A stretch of DNA of 64,000 bases from contig JAQGDQ010000138.1 of the NCBI GenBank assembly GCA_030141605.1, forward strand, positions 434,001 through 498,000. Direction: 5' to 3'. Below the pieces are notes generated by a model that was given only the letters and a program-made list of their open reading frames with translations, was not told the DNA's origin and searched no databases. This document shows positions 28,159 through 41,409 of this stretch, in pieces (the stretch's first letter is position 1; the number at the start of each line of letters is the position of its first letter). The translations under genes were made by a program, and so were the position numbers. The DNA comes from Tubiluchus corallicola (lineage: Eukaryota; Animalia; Priapulida).

Positions 28159-29685
28159 GGAAACTAACGCTAGCCGCATCTAAGAAAGCTGCTTTAGTCA
28201 AATGAGTGAATGTTAGTCATAACAGTTTATTCTGCCTTCTCAGAGCATTTCTGCTTTTAATTTTTACTATCTTACACACCCTACTGATAGTTAGTTAAAA
28301 GATCTGTTGTATATGCATGGTTGCATGTCAAATTTATACAGCTGATCAATAAATACCTTTTCAATAGATGTAGCATGCCTCTGTTTAACATTACATTTTT
28401 AGAGGTCTTCTGCTGCCACTTTAGTGCATGTTTTTTGTTTTCAAAATATATATTGAATTGTCATGCCTCGCTGTATTTTTAACTTTTTGTTTCTAGTATA
28501 TTTATATACCAGTGTCGATTACGTATGTAAAAAGCTTCAGATGTCTATAGTAACTTGTAACACCTAGAGTTATGATTTTGTTGAACTGCTTGGTATCAAA
28601 ATGCTATTTTGTAGTTTGTAGCTGACAAAAAGAATTCCCTAGGCTAGGAAGGTCATGCTGTTCTTACTCAAATTATTTGGTACTAAATATCAAATTGAGT
28701 AAAGAACATGATACAGAAATGGTGAAAACTACTGCTGTCATAGTTAACATGCATTTATTTTAAATGGTCGTCTTTTAAATTGAAATATTTCAGTAGCATT
28801 TTAGGAACCCTAATATAAACAAGGATATATACAAGGATATGAAGGATATATACTTTACAATGTTATTTTGGTAAACCAAGCTGCGATTTCACATTTCTTA
28901 CTGTAAATTTCTTTGATCGTATTCCCCCACTTAACACGAATATACCTGCATTTGTCTTTACTGCTCATGAATGACTAAGTTGAAGCATATTGTATAGCTG
29001 GAGGTTACACACATTTCATCTTTAAAATTGATGTGATAGGCTGATAGCATTGCCAATTGCACAATTGCCATTGTGTTTCAACACTGGTTTTAGTCATAAC
29101 TTGGTTTTTTAATTTTAATAATAATCAGCAGATTGCTATTTTATACTTTACATGCAAGGTAAATTATGAAAGATAACAGTTTGATTTGTAGTAAAAGTAG
29201 GATTTTTTAGATATATTATATACATTATTAATGTACATCAGTAGTATTTAAATGCAAAAGAATCAAACTTGTAAAACATGTAATGAGTATTGAAATAATG
29301 AGTGTATTTTTATTGTAACAAACCCAATAATACTCGTAGAACTTTTACAATTTTTCTTCTTCTAATACAGTCAGTACAGTAGCACGAAGGTGTGACAGTT
29401 TAGTTAAAGATCTTATTGTGCTGCAAATGCACTAAACAATTGAAAAATTAAAATATTTATAATAATAAAATAATAGCAAACAATCGCATAAGTTATTATC
29501 ACATCTTGTTATCAATCCTGTACATGCACATAATACGCCAACTTATTTCACTAAGCACTGGAACTGGAGAAAGTAAATTCATTCATGGAAATTCATGGAT
29601 AAGGTCATTCATGGAATCCTTTACACGAGTTTATAGAGCACTGTCTGGGTAGAAATGGTCGTGGTACCAACAAAAAGTCATATTG

Positions 29686-29770
29686 TTATTTACATGTTAG
29701 GATACTATTGTGCAACAATTGTATTATTTATTTACATGTTAGGATACTATTGTGCAACAAATGTATTATT
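29686..29770. repeat. 42-bp tandem duplication
   Basis: TTATTTACATGTTAGGATACTATTGTGCAACAA(T/A)TGTATTAT twice, one mismatch. Confidence 0.9.
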
Positions 29771-29920
29771 TTTAGAATGAATCAAATACTAACTTGAGGT
29801 TCAAATGACACCTCCACTTTTGTTTTCATGAAAGACGGAATCTTGCAGTAAAATACTTGGTTGCAATCAGTGGGTAAAATATTACAGTAAGTACATACTA
29901 AGTCCAGTGGTGGCGTTTGA

Positions 29921-32900
29921 TCATTCAGTCCAGCGGTGAGTGCAGTTAGAGTTCGTGCAAACGTAGTACAGCCGCATACCTTCCTACAATGTGTGAAATA
30001 AACTATAAAATATGGCATATACAAAGACTACAAAATACATGCAACACGAAATTTTATATTTTTCTAACAAAATGAAAATCAACTTTTGTATTTTCAGTTT
30101 AGGTTTATTGTGCACATACTTCACTTACATTAATAGTGCAATAACTTTCCAAATTCTGCATTAACTTTTGTAGCAATAGAAAAACAGCGTCAGTTTAAGT
30201 TTAGATGCATTCCTTACAAAGTAGGTTTGACAGCTCTATAAGAAACACGATCTTAAATAACTTATTACATTTTGAAATCTATTCAAGTTTCTAGTGTATT
30301 CAAAAGGTTTGCTCAAATTTCTTTTTTTACATTTTTAAGCAAGGCATTTTGCCCTCATATATCGTGGTAATTTCAATATTTTTTTTAAGTGTATATTAAA
30401 ATATAGTAAATGTTGTTCGATTGTTGGTTCTCGCTTTAAAAACAAACGTGTAATTCTCAAACTCTTTTGGTCTTTTTGCTGCTCATTTTATGGCAGTTCA
30501 ATACATGAGTTATCTGACAAAAGTGTGAAATCCTTAGTAACTGAGTTAAGGTAGGCTTTAAGTGCAGGATGTTGATTCAAATATGACTCGAATATGATTC
30601 ATTGCATCTCGTGCATCTGACCATTCACAATTTTAATTACAAAATGTATGTAAATGTTGAGCAGTCGTATAAAAAAATGGGCAAGACGATGAGATTGTGA
30701 GAAACTTATCTATCATAACTGATAATAGAAACAGCAACAATGGCGAAGAACCGCACAATTACACATTCAAGAAAGTTTATAGTTTTAGCCGAATTGACTT
30801 TGTGTTGTGAACTTTTATGGACACTTAATCATGAATTTGTAATCACGGATTTTTCTAATGATGAAGTAAAACAGCTGCTGCTAAACTTATTAACTGACTA
30901 ATTAAATGCTGGCCTATCCTAACAGTATAATATGTAAAACCAATTCTATGCTGTTGTAATATACTAGTTTTTTTAAATTTAAATTTATGTAAATATTGTA
31001 CAGATTAACTAAATTATTATCGCAATTGTGTGAAATATAACACTCATTTGTAAAGCAAAATAAATAATATACACATAGACTGAACGACTGTACTAGCCTA
31101 TAACTTTTTATCTGAAAAAATATGCACAATACCTCTCCTTTTTTGGTTTGAGATTGAAAAAATACTGCCTCTTTGTGCCCGCATTTTGGACAGGAATGGT
31201 CCTCTGTACGAGGTAGTGTTGGATCTGCAATCACGTCAGCAACAAGATGAGTCAACTCACTGCGGAAGAAAAGATAACCACCATACAATGTATCATATAA
31301 AACAGAGTACAATTTCATCTGCCTACAGAAAAGTTAGTTCAAAATTACATTTATATCGTCTTTCAGCATTTAGCTCCAAGGTTCCTGCACTACAAACTCA
31401 GTCAAAATACTACACCAAATTCTAATATGAGACTGGTGCAAATGCATAAGACAGACAATTACATGATTCCACCAATCAGAGTGAGAAAGTATGTGTTAAT
31501 GTAAATAAATAAGAACATGAAAGAAAAAAATGAAATAGAACGAGAGGAGAGAGAGCAACTAGTAGTATATGCAAGTTCCTAAGGCAGCATAAGTTGTTAC
31601 TTACTATGTACTTAATATACTTACTCAACTTCATGCATTATCTTATTCACATATATGCAGTTGTTGTCTGCAATCTGCTGATATTCACAATTTCGACACT
31701 ATATAATATAAAAACAAACCATGTGTACATAAATGGAAAAAATACAAGCAAAAAAAATCACAGAAGAATAACTCTGTTTTATAAAAATAGCTGTTATTTC
31801 AAAACACAAACCAGAAATTTGAAAACAGTCATAAAGCAGTAAACCTGATTCTAAAATAAAAGTCACATAATTAAAGAAGGCTTGCTCAGCATATAAAAAA
31901 GAAGTAAAAGCCACTATGCGAAAAAAATTACATTATAATATACCAAAAAACATTATACAAGTATACCAATTAGTAACTGAATACGAAAATTCTGTTATAA
32001 TGAAAGTACAGTATACAAGCATGCAATCACAAAAACAATTACGCTTATTTATATTCAAAATCACAAACTGAAATGGGAACGGAAGCACTCTTTAAAGTGC
32101 TTAAATTCATTCTCACGCAGCATAATTTAAAAATTTCTTACATGTTAATACAAGGTCTACTACGGTGATTACACAGCACCCTCCTCCTACATCTACTAGG
32201 AAAAGCAGTTAAACTCTACAACTATCCTGCTTCCCACCGAATGTAAGTAAAAATGGCATAGGAAAAAAATGGCCAGGAAAAAATAACACATTTGGTAAAA
32301 TATGTTTATGGCTAGAGTAATAGCGGGGATTATTTTAGTTATTTCTACCTCTGCCAAGAAAGTCGTGCTGCAACATGGTTTGTTTGCTTGGTGGCTGTTT
32401 TTGTCTGTATGGCAGTAAGCTATTACACAAAAACTACCTAACAGATTTCTAGGAAACATTGTGAAGAAAGGTTGGTATAGGGTGCTAAAATGGGAATTTT
32501 TTCTCTGGTTCTTTTTTCACAGAACTTGACCAAATACCATATACAAAAAAGTATTCATGAAGCACTTCATGGAGTGCTTCATGAAGTCTCATAGGGAGCA
32601 TTTAGTACTTCTTTTTGTTATCTCCACCTGGACAAATAACGAGTTAATTCCTGTTCCATTATGAGAAATTCTTGCTAGTAAAACTGTGTAGCACTGTCTA
32701 TAATCTTTACTTACTAATGTGTATAGCCTTATAAGATAACTTGGTATGTAAAACTAAATACGTATATATTGTCAGTCTATTACCATCGCCAAAATTAACG
32801 GTTAAAAAGGTAGGAAAACACTATGTGGAACATTTGTGCATTATTGATTATAAATCTGTTTAATGAACAAACATTTTGTGAGTCTGGTATGTTGCTAGTG

Positions 32901-35900
32901 ACTCTTTTGTGAGTCTATATAACGCCAATCAGACGAATAAGTTCAGCATTGTTTGGCTTTGGCAGAGATTTGCTAATACTGGCCCTACTGAGCGCATTCT
33001 ACTTATTAGAAATCAATTGCATCAAAATAACATATGTGCCATTTTGCCTAGTTTTCATTTGTACCATTTTTACCTACTTTTCCATTTGTGCCATTTTTAC
33101 CATACTATTCTTTTGTTCGCTCAATCTTGGTTTTCAACTAGCGTGAGTATCGTCAGTAGTTAGTAGTGAAGCCCCATCTTCGACACTTTTTATACCCCAC
33201 CATTTTTAGATGGTTATTTTAATACCAAATCCGTGAGCCAGTAGAAATGCCTTCGAGGCAGCACTTTTTAATTCTTTACAAAAGTACATTTTTAGACATT
33301 TGGGAAAAACTTTCTCATTTTTTTCGAATGAGCTAATAAGTACTGTGAGAAGAAAGGTTGCTTTAAACTTTTAAGTTAAAACATTTTACATGGTACACCT
33401 AAAGTTTGGTTGCGGTATAGTTTTATTTAATTTCAGTTGTCATTTATCAAAGGTTTGCCATATTAACTTTTTTGAATCTCAGACAGTCTAAACTGGTTCA
33501 TTGTTTCCACTTTAATGGCTTCATTAATGTGACAAACCATCTATTATTTACTTGTTTGTCACTTTTTCATTTCACAGTCCTTTATGGTGACAGCTGTACA
33601 CTGGCTAGTGTAAGTTGCTTGCATTATACATACTTTACAGCTACAGCCTGAGACGGGCAGCCCTGGCAGTCAGTCGGCCGTTATTGAAAGGCCTAGGTCA
33701 CGTAAAACGACCATCGTCTGATCTTTCACGTCTGTGAAAAGACAGTCAGAAATGTCGATTAGCATTGTCGATGTTATGGTGCAGTAGCCGTCACTATTTC
33801 TTCTGTCAACAGCCATTGTTTACAGTGCTGACAGGTCTATGTCGAGTATGTTGCTTTGGTTCGACGAGGTAGTTACCGTTACTGTCATTGTACGAGGATT
33901 CGTCCAAACCTGAAACCACGCTAAAGTTTATGGTGGACAGTCCATTGTTGGTGGAGCAAACCATAGTTGGTGAATCCATGGATGTTACCCCACAGGTTAG
34001 CAGCTGTCGTTTCACAAGATGTTCATGGAGCGTCTGGTAAGCCAAGACTTTTGTACATTTGCTCAGCATTTGCTAGTTAGCATAATTCCGTTTGCATATG
34101 GTCATTGTTGGATTGCCGTCATCGAGAGCGCGTCATCATTTGCATGCGCTACCATCACTAACACCTCCCCTCTCTATTATTAGACTAAAGAATATATTTG
34201 CTGTACTGTGATTGATTGTTATTGCTAACTATTTCTTTTCTCCTGGTCAAAATCTATTAAAGTAGTAATGAATTAAATTTCATTATATATAGCTTAATAG
34301 TTGGTTTGGTATTCTATCTACCATCGAATATTACTAGCTCATCAAGGCTCCTAGGCTTGGGTTCCGCATGCTCCCATATGAAACAATTAAGCCTTAGCCC
34401 GACTCCAAGATTCTAGTAGTAAATTGTCTAACACTATAGAACCCCAGAACCACGTGTTACACCTCGTTTATAGGGCGGTCGTGCCTGCTTTTCATGACAT
34501 TGAGAATCAGATTACATTACCTATAGACATGGTGTCACAATTACCAAAAAGCTTTGTGTAGGTTTTAAGAATAAACCTAGATGACTTTTTTTGCACTGTA
34601 GATGGGCAATGCTATGTTGCACAAAGAGCACAGGTGTTTAATTTCACTGTGATTGCATTTTGTGTGATGTTTACATCAAAGAATCAGTTGGTGCAAAATT
34701 GAGACAAACACTATAAAACCTTACAGAACTGGAATATCTGCATGTGAAATTTTACGAAAAAAAATTTGCAACTGATCGATGCCCTAACACGTGCCCAACC
34801 TTAAAGTACCATTTTCTAAAACCAAAACAATTAAGAGGTCTGAAGTTCTTTGACTTTTACAAGCTGCATGTACTGGCTGTTAAGCGACAATACTTGATCA
34901 CTAAAGGTCATGCTATTAGGCTGATGTGTATAAAAATAGGCCTCTATCAAAATTTAATGTGAATTCCTCGGTTTACTTATGGGTTTAAAAGCTAGTTACG
35001 AGGGATGGCCTTACAAAGTCAGATTTGATTAGACCTTAATAGCTATTATAGGCTGTGCAGTATTATGCTTGAAAATTTGTTTAAATACTGTAGCCATCAA
35101 TCATTTGTTCGAGTAAGCAAGTTTAAAATTTGAAAAAGTGAGGTCTTATTTAATTTAGCAGATATTTTATTTGTAGTTATGTTCAGTAGTATGAGTGACA
35201 CGTACAGTAGGTGTCACTTAATAGACTCACTTTGGGACCAACGTGTTTTGACCCAATTAACCGACTGAACCTATTAACTGATGGGGCTAGTATTACAGAT
35301 ATAGAAGTATGAGTCATCAGCTTACTATGCACTGCAAAGTTTTTTAATGAATTTTAGAAATGCAGTAATGCCTAAATTCCTTTGCGCAGTTAAAAATTAG
35401 AAAAATATTCTAAAATATTAATTTGTATAAGTGAATTAGCAATAAATTGAAAAGCATACGTCTCTAAATCACAGACCTTTCTAAGTCTGTTTATTTACAA
35501 AAATTACAAAAATTCCTTCAAAGTTGGCTGACTAATTTTCTCGCGAAGAAGTTGGCCTACAAAGTTCTCATAATTATAAAAACATTGAAAATCTGTTGTT
35601 GTGTTTGACTAAGACAGTTCTGAATCATCTGATCACTTAGATTGTCCGTATTTGCTGTAAAATGTTTACTCTTGTAAGTCTCAAGGAATACTGGCTGATT
35701 ACTGTACCTGCATCTTTGACTGTTAATTCATTAAGCCCAAAAGCGTGATTTGCAACGAGATCATTAAAAGGAAACCGCTAGGCAAATGATTAAATGTTTA
35801 GCTTCCAGAAATTCGATGGGTAACAGTGGGCGAGCGGGTAACAGATCCAAAGCAAAACTGCTACGCTACCATATTAGCGCATGATAAACGTACCTGCTTA

Positions 35901-38900
35901 TAAACAGAACGGTATTTAACATGATTGTTTCCGCACACATAGTGCACAAAAGGGAAGTAAAGATGACATAAAAGTAGGAAAGGCTCTTTTGCACATACAA
36001 ATATCTTATTTTAAGTAGGTGAAGGAAAAATATTGAGCAAATATGCAGAGTTATTTGAGTCAATTGCCGATAGTTTTTATGTTTATTTGAACGTTCCAGG
36101 CGTTTTTGAGTCAATTAAGCGATTGAGTCTATTAACCGTGAGTCTACCAAGCGGCGCCTACTGTCCTACCAAATGACACTGTTGAGGCATTTCAATGTCT
36201 TAGCCTTATTCGACCAATACCTATAAAAAGTGTGGTTTTCTATGGGTTGCTTATGAAACCTATTTGTCCTGCAAAATGTACAGCAAAAATATAAAGATAA
36301 AACATTCATTTGACGATAACACGCATAAATTTTGCAAAGCAAAAGCAAATTCTACGTAATACTCCTGGCGACTCACACGAATGAAATCACCACGAACAGC
36401 GACAAACACTTCAAAATCAAGATGGCGATAATGAAACGTATGCATTCTTCCGTTCTTCACTTACAGTATAAGGACATCAATTTAAACCTTAATTTAAAGT
36501 GCTTCCATTCCACTTTATACTGGAAAATTTTAAACAAATGTTTGCAAAAAAAAAGGTCTGATTATAAATACTTACGGCATACAAAAGAACTTTATTTTCT
36601 TTGTCTTCTTTAGGATATAACATATTATTACTGAAATAAGAAGTAGTTATTGTAAATTAATTTGCAACATCTGGATATGAAGTACTGTACGAGGAGTATA
36701 AAAAACTGTGTGTATAACGTACAGCAGATACACAACATGTTAAATAAAAAATCCCATGCTAGAAACGAAAAAACATGACGTTTCAGTCCACCACTAATGA
36801 AAAATGCATAAAAGATCACTAAAAGATTTTTTAACCACTTCAGTGCATATAGGATGAGATTGTACTAACATGCTAAATATGTGATTTAACTGACATGTAT
36901 GCCAGTACTTAGCAATGATACCCACACATGCCAAGCACTTCATGAATCAGGGAACCAAAAATAAACAGTGGTGCTGCCCTCTGTTGGCCAAAACATTATA
37001 TGCAGGCCAGAAAATGCCAAAAATGTCGACAAAACTAGGGGCTACCGAATTCACTGTATTGCTGCATTTTGATTTTTGTTGTTGAAAGTGTATTTTGCAA
37101 CATGCTTTGAATTATGCCACAAAAAACAAAACTAATTTCGAAAAGATATGATGAAGAAGGTGTTGATAAAAGTGGTGGTACTCATGATAGTAGTGGTGAA
37201 CAACTGTGGCAGCAGCACCAGTGAGAAATTACGGAGGGTGTCAACAGTTATGGTTTGTGTCAATATCAGTTTTGACAGTGCAGGTGATGGTGATGTAGCA
37301 AAAGTTGCAGTAATCTGTAGCCTGCAGTAGTATGTGAAGCAGTAGCAACTTTTTTTCTTAAAAAATGCTCTAATGCTAGCTACAATATAAATTGTGCAAG
37401 AGTGAAGCAGGTAATTTTTACAATGCGTAATCACAGATAAAGAGGAATATGCAGCACAAAGAAAACTCAAGAAGAAAACACACAAAATATCCCAGAAAAC
37501 CATTGCTGATAAATCATGAAGTACAGGATAAATCCGAATAGAAATGCACAAAATATTTAAAAAGCACTGTTATAACATAAAAGAAAATGATATAAGCATA
37601 TTACCAGCAACAGACTCATTGAACATTTAAAAAGCCAAAAATTAGATATACCATTTGTGTGCTTGCAAACCAAAAACATCCATAAGTCGGCATAGTTAAG
37701 ACTAAATCATGATGCTTCAAAGAAGAATGCACCAAAAATTTGGTCAAATGTGAATTTTTTTGTTTTTTATAAAAACAAATGGTAAATATATTGGACTTTT
37801 ATATTCTAGCATCAAATTATCAAGAAAATGTCCAAAAAATATTAAAAATTTAATCTTATAACCCCATGCCCTCTTTTCTGAATAGAAACTAGTATGGCAA
37901 TTGTAAAAAAACTTGTTTTTTCAAACTCCGATAGTAGCTTGTGGAATCAGTCATTTTGCTTCTGCTTTTTTCTGTTGACAAGAGCAAATCTTCGTCAGGA
38001 AGAGCCATCTACTGGATATAAACATAACGTCAATGTGTTCTTGCAAAGTCCATAGCAACCACATTTTCATACGGTTTCTAAGTGTTTTGTAGAGACAAGA
38101 CAAAAAAACAATGGCTGACTTTAACAGCGATTTTCTCAAGATTATGTTTTTCAGTGCAAAGTGTGCACCTCAACTTCAACGTGGATTATCTCAGCTTAGA
38201 AATAACATTGAGTGAAAAGCTTGGTAACAAAATGATCCTTATGAAATGGAAATTCAGGATATGTGAATAGCTAGAAAGGGTTAATTGCCAACTTACGGAC
38301 GATTTTGCTATGCAAGCACACATTTATAGTTTAGAATCCATGAATTCTTCATAGCAAAAAATGTATTAGTTGGTATAAATATCTCTCTACAAAGAAAAAC
38401 TTTTTTATGTATTTTTTATTAAAACTAGCAGTCAAAATTTACCTTTTTGTGACTAGTAAGACACTGTATTATGAATTCATTGTCGGAATACTGGTAATAC
38501 AACACACTAATAATAAAATTCTAAAAAAAAACATTTCCCAAATTAGGTGACAAACTGGCCATACAACTCATTTATTTCTTTTCCTGGCGCTATTACACTT
38601 TCGCACCACCTAGCTTTTCCTAGGTTATTACTCGTTTCTAGGCCCGTAGGTCATTATTCTATTATTCTTACGTCATCAGTGAATGTTTCCGCTAATCTAA
38701 TTGTAATTTAATCATTTATTTAGGTATAATTACCAATAATTACGCTGTATTCACAGTTCTACACAGTATCGCCATCTTGTTTGTGTGTGTAGTCACGTGA
38801 CGAATTTCGTACTAGTTCATGCATTATCAGGGCCTAGCTTAAAAGGCACGTGACACACTTTCATCTTAATTGCATTTACGAAATAAAGAAAAAACCTTTA

Positions 38901-39626
38901 CTTTTATAATCTAATATGTGGGAAGACTGTAATATGATACAAACTCCCGTGGCTGCAACCATAATAATCATAAATTATGCAAAAACACTAAAAATACAGG
39001 TTAAGGGCCACTACGTCACTGCGCGAGAGCGATTGCGCATTAGTGGTGTAAACACGGTTATTCACGTGCAGCTTTTTGCGCAATGGCGGCGATAAGTAAT
39101 GTATGATTTTAATCTGATTTTAATCTGGAATTATAGAGCGTAAAAAGCACTAATATTATGGGAATATGGTGTATATTACGCCTGCTGGTCTGCTTTCTGG
39201 CCTGCAGGCGTGAAAAGAATCAATAGGCCAGGAAAAGCTAGGCGGTGCGAAAGTGTAATAGCGCCCTTTTCCTCAAATTACTTAAAACTATGTAAATTGA
39301 AATTATTCACTATTATTCATTATTATTAATTATTGAAATTTACTATACAACACAGCAGTGACTACAAACTAGGATTGTAGCAACACAACACTCGTTTCAT
39401 TCCCGAACGTCTTCCCACTATCTACATATTAATATACTAAGTAAGTACTTTATAATTATGGTAATTATAGTACTATGATATAGTATTACGCTAACAATAA
39501 CACTTTATTAACAGATCATTTTTAATCAAGACAGACCAAGTTTAATACCAACCATTCTTCACAAAATTTAATGCCAACGAATGCCGGACCATCGCTTGTC
39601 TTCTGTACACTTTCGTCATAACTCAT
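29921..39626 (-). CDS. POLR2I: RNA polymerase II subunit RPB9, 130 aa, 5 coding exons: 39626-39553, 36630-36576, 31698-31625, 31259-31133, 29983-29921
   Basis: Spliced product [130 protein letters not shown], with both zinc ribbons; 393 nt, all GT-AG, phases consistent. Confidence 0.97.
32240..33110. mobile_element. Degenerate foldback/MITE-like element with inverted AAAAATGGCAC arrays
   Basis: GTAAAAATGGCA-like repeats on + near 32247-32300 and on - near 33035-33105; boundaries approximate; no TSD resolved. Confidence 0.5.
35205..36163. mobile_element. Tc1/mariner (pogo/Tigger-like) non-autonomous element in RPB9 intron 2
   Basis: TA|CAGTAGGTGTCACTTAATAGACTCAC at left versus CAGTAGGCGCCGCTTGGTAGACTCAC (reverse complement of right end); CAGT terminus and left TA; right flank is TC. 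Confidence 0.7.
36971..36990 (-). promoter_or_regulatory. CTCF-like binding motif
   Basis: TGGCCAACAGAGGGCAGCAC on minus strand fits the CCASYAGRKGGCRS core closely; motif match only. Confidence 0.45.
37655..38323 (-). mobile_element. Non-autonomous TIR element (MITE), longer copy 2, in RPB9 intron 1
   Basis: TGTGTGCTTGC...GCAAGCACACAT termini; 38055-38323 aligns to 27602-27870 and 37655-37750 to 27915-28010 in reverse complement. Confidence 0.8.
38586..39265. mobile_element. MITE with 36-bp TIRs and 8-bp TSD (Merlin-like GG terminus)
   Basis: TIR GGCGCTATTACACTTTCGCACC(A/G)CCTAGCTTTTCCT, 1 mismatch; identical flanking CTTTTCCT at 38578-38585 and 39266-39273. Superfamily is inferred. Confidence 0.9.
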
Positions 39627-40435
39627 CTTTATGGATGATTTAGCAATACTTAAATCAGCAGCACTATTTTTGTTTCTTTACACTTTTTACAGTGTTCCTC
39701 AGTTGAAACATGAACTAGGTTGCCTCATGCTTCTGATTTTTTTTTCAGAAACGCACCTTTCTCTCTAAAGCTAACCAAACACAAATTTGCAATTCAATTC
39801 ATCCAGTTTACTGATCACTCTCTTTCCGCAGGATTAAGGATTAATTAAGGAATTAAGTAGGCGTAGGATCTACTTAGAAGTCTAATACTCACTATGTCCA
39901 TAATATGCTCAGGGGATGGTCAAAGGACCATCTGGTCTAGGGATCACACAGACACCGGTAAAAGTACACCTTAACCACTTTAAAAGTTGTTTAAAAAGAA
40001 CCACACCAGTGAATGTGTTGACAGCAGCTTTTGTGAAATTGTAACTTTACTTACCACCAGTCTTTTCTTTTAATAATCATAACTTACATAATTATCATGT
40101 TTTACAAAGCCACATGACAAAAAATACAGTTGTGACGAACGAAATCAGAATCATGAGCGAAACAGTTATTTTTCCGTCATTTATCTATGCGACCTTACAA
40201 TTAAATATTTTTAGTTTGCTTGTCACAGTGTTGTCTTTTGTGTATATATTTCCTACACTGTATTTTTATTTAGGTGATTGTTGTGTAAACATCACCTTGT
40301 AATTGTGTCGAAATATTGCAGATGCTGTGTCTGAATAAAAGCCATGTCTTTTCTTAAGTAAGTGTTCGCTGTTATCTTTATTTTAAGAATTTGTTTTCCC
40401 TATCACAAAGCAAATTTAAATTAATCATTTTAAAG

Positions 40436-40507
40436 ATATATATATATATATATATATTATGTATATATATATAAGTATGTATGTATATATGTATGTATGT
40501 ATGTATG

Positions 40508-40541
<34 letters not shown>

Positions 40542-40638
40542 TGTATGTATGTATGTATGTATGTATGTATGTATGTATGTATGTATGTATGTATGTATGT
40601 ATGTATGTATGTATGTATGTATGTATGTATGTATGTAT
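40436..40638. repeat. (TA)n + (TATG)n microsatellite
   Basis: Seen directly; source of the IHTY/MYVC pseudo-ORFs. Confidence 0.97.
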
Positions 40639-41409
40639 AATTTTTAAGCAATTTTTTATTTTAAAACTGGATTTAAAAAATAAAATATAAGTCGTATGAC
40701 TCCTTGCCATCCATAAAAATAACAAATAAAATACACAGAAGGACACGGTAAATTGAAATTGAAATTCAATGGCCTAAGTTAAATAAACTATTTCCCCTCA
40801 AACTATTTTACAAAATTTATAGCTGTACCAATCTATGAACCTTCTGAACATTACAATAAATATTACATAAATTTTACACAGAAAAGAATAAACGATAGTA
40901 AAACAAACCATAAATTTTTCTTGTTTACATTGATGTAATAAAGTGGAATAACTCTAAAAAAAGAGGGTCCAATGACTATTGTGAGATACAGATTTAAATT
41001 AAAATAAAATCGAACATGTAAAATAAAATGAGGCAGGTAGCAAAGAATTTGAGTTGAGACTTGCACCATAATACAAGCAATGAGACATGTTATAAAAACA
41101 AAATTTATGTTGCTGTAGTAAAATGACCAAAGAAACCAGAGACAGAAAGGAAATTTAATAACAAAGTTTCAACGAGTCCATAGCATTTTGAAGAAAATCT
41201 ATAGCATACATTTCGAGAGCTGGATTCATGATATGCGTGTAGGAATGAACGTCAGCAGTTTATAGCTAGTTTGAGTGAAGTAAATTACAAACAAGAGTAA
41301 GCTAGCATTTCCATTTGCAATAGTAGCTAACAGAGTACAATAATGGATCATGATATACAGAATAAAATAAAAGCAAGACCGACTAAAGAATGAGTAATAA
41401 GAGTTACCA

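Noticed and set aside
30914-31318. 134-aa ORF taken as the whole RPB9 gene
   Set aside because: Only 31133-31259 is exonic; the rest is intron read-through.
32909-33163. Hydrophobic ORFs as a nested membrane protein
   Set aside because: They derive from T-rich GTGCCATTTTT repeat arrays of a decayed element.
33806-34069. 87-aa ATG-initiated ORF in RPB9 intron 2
   Set aside because: No recognisable homology or clear splice context.
34060-34145. Box C/D snoRNA candidate on the minus strand (ATGATGA...CTGA)
   Set aside because: Terminal stem only 3 bp and no convincing rRNA-antisense guide that I can identify.
40378-40746. IHTY/MYVC repeat ORFs
   Set aside because: Translations of the (TATG)n microsatellite.
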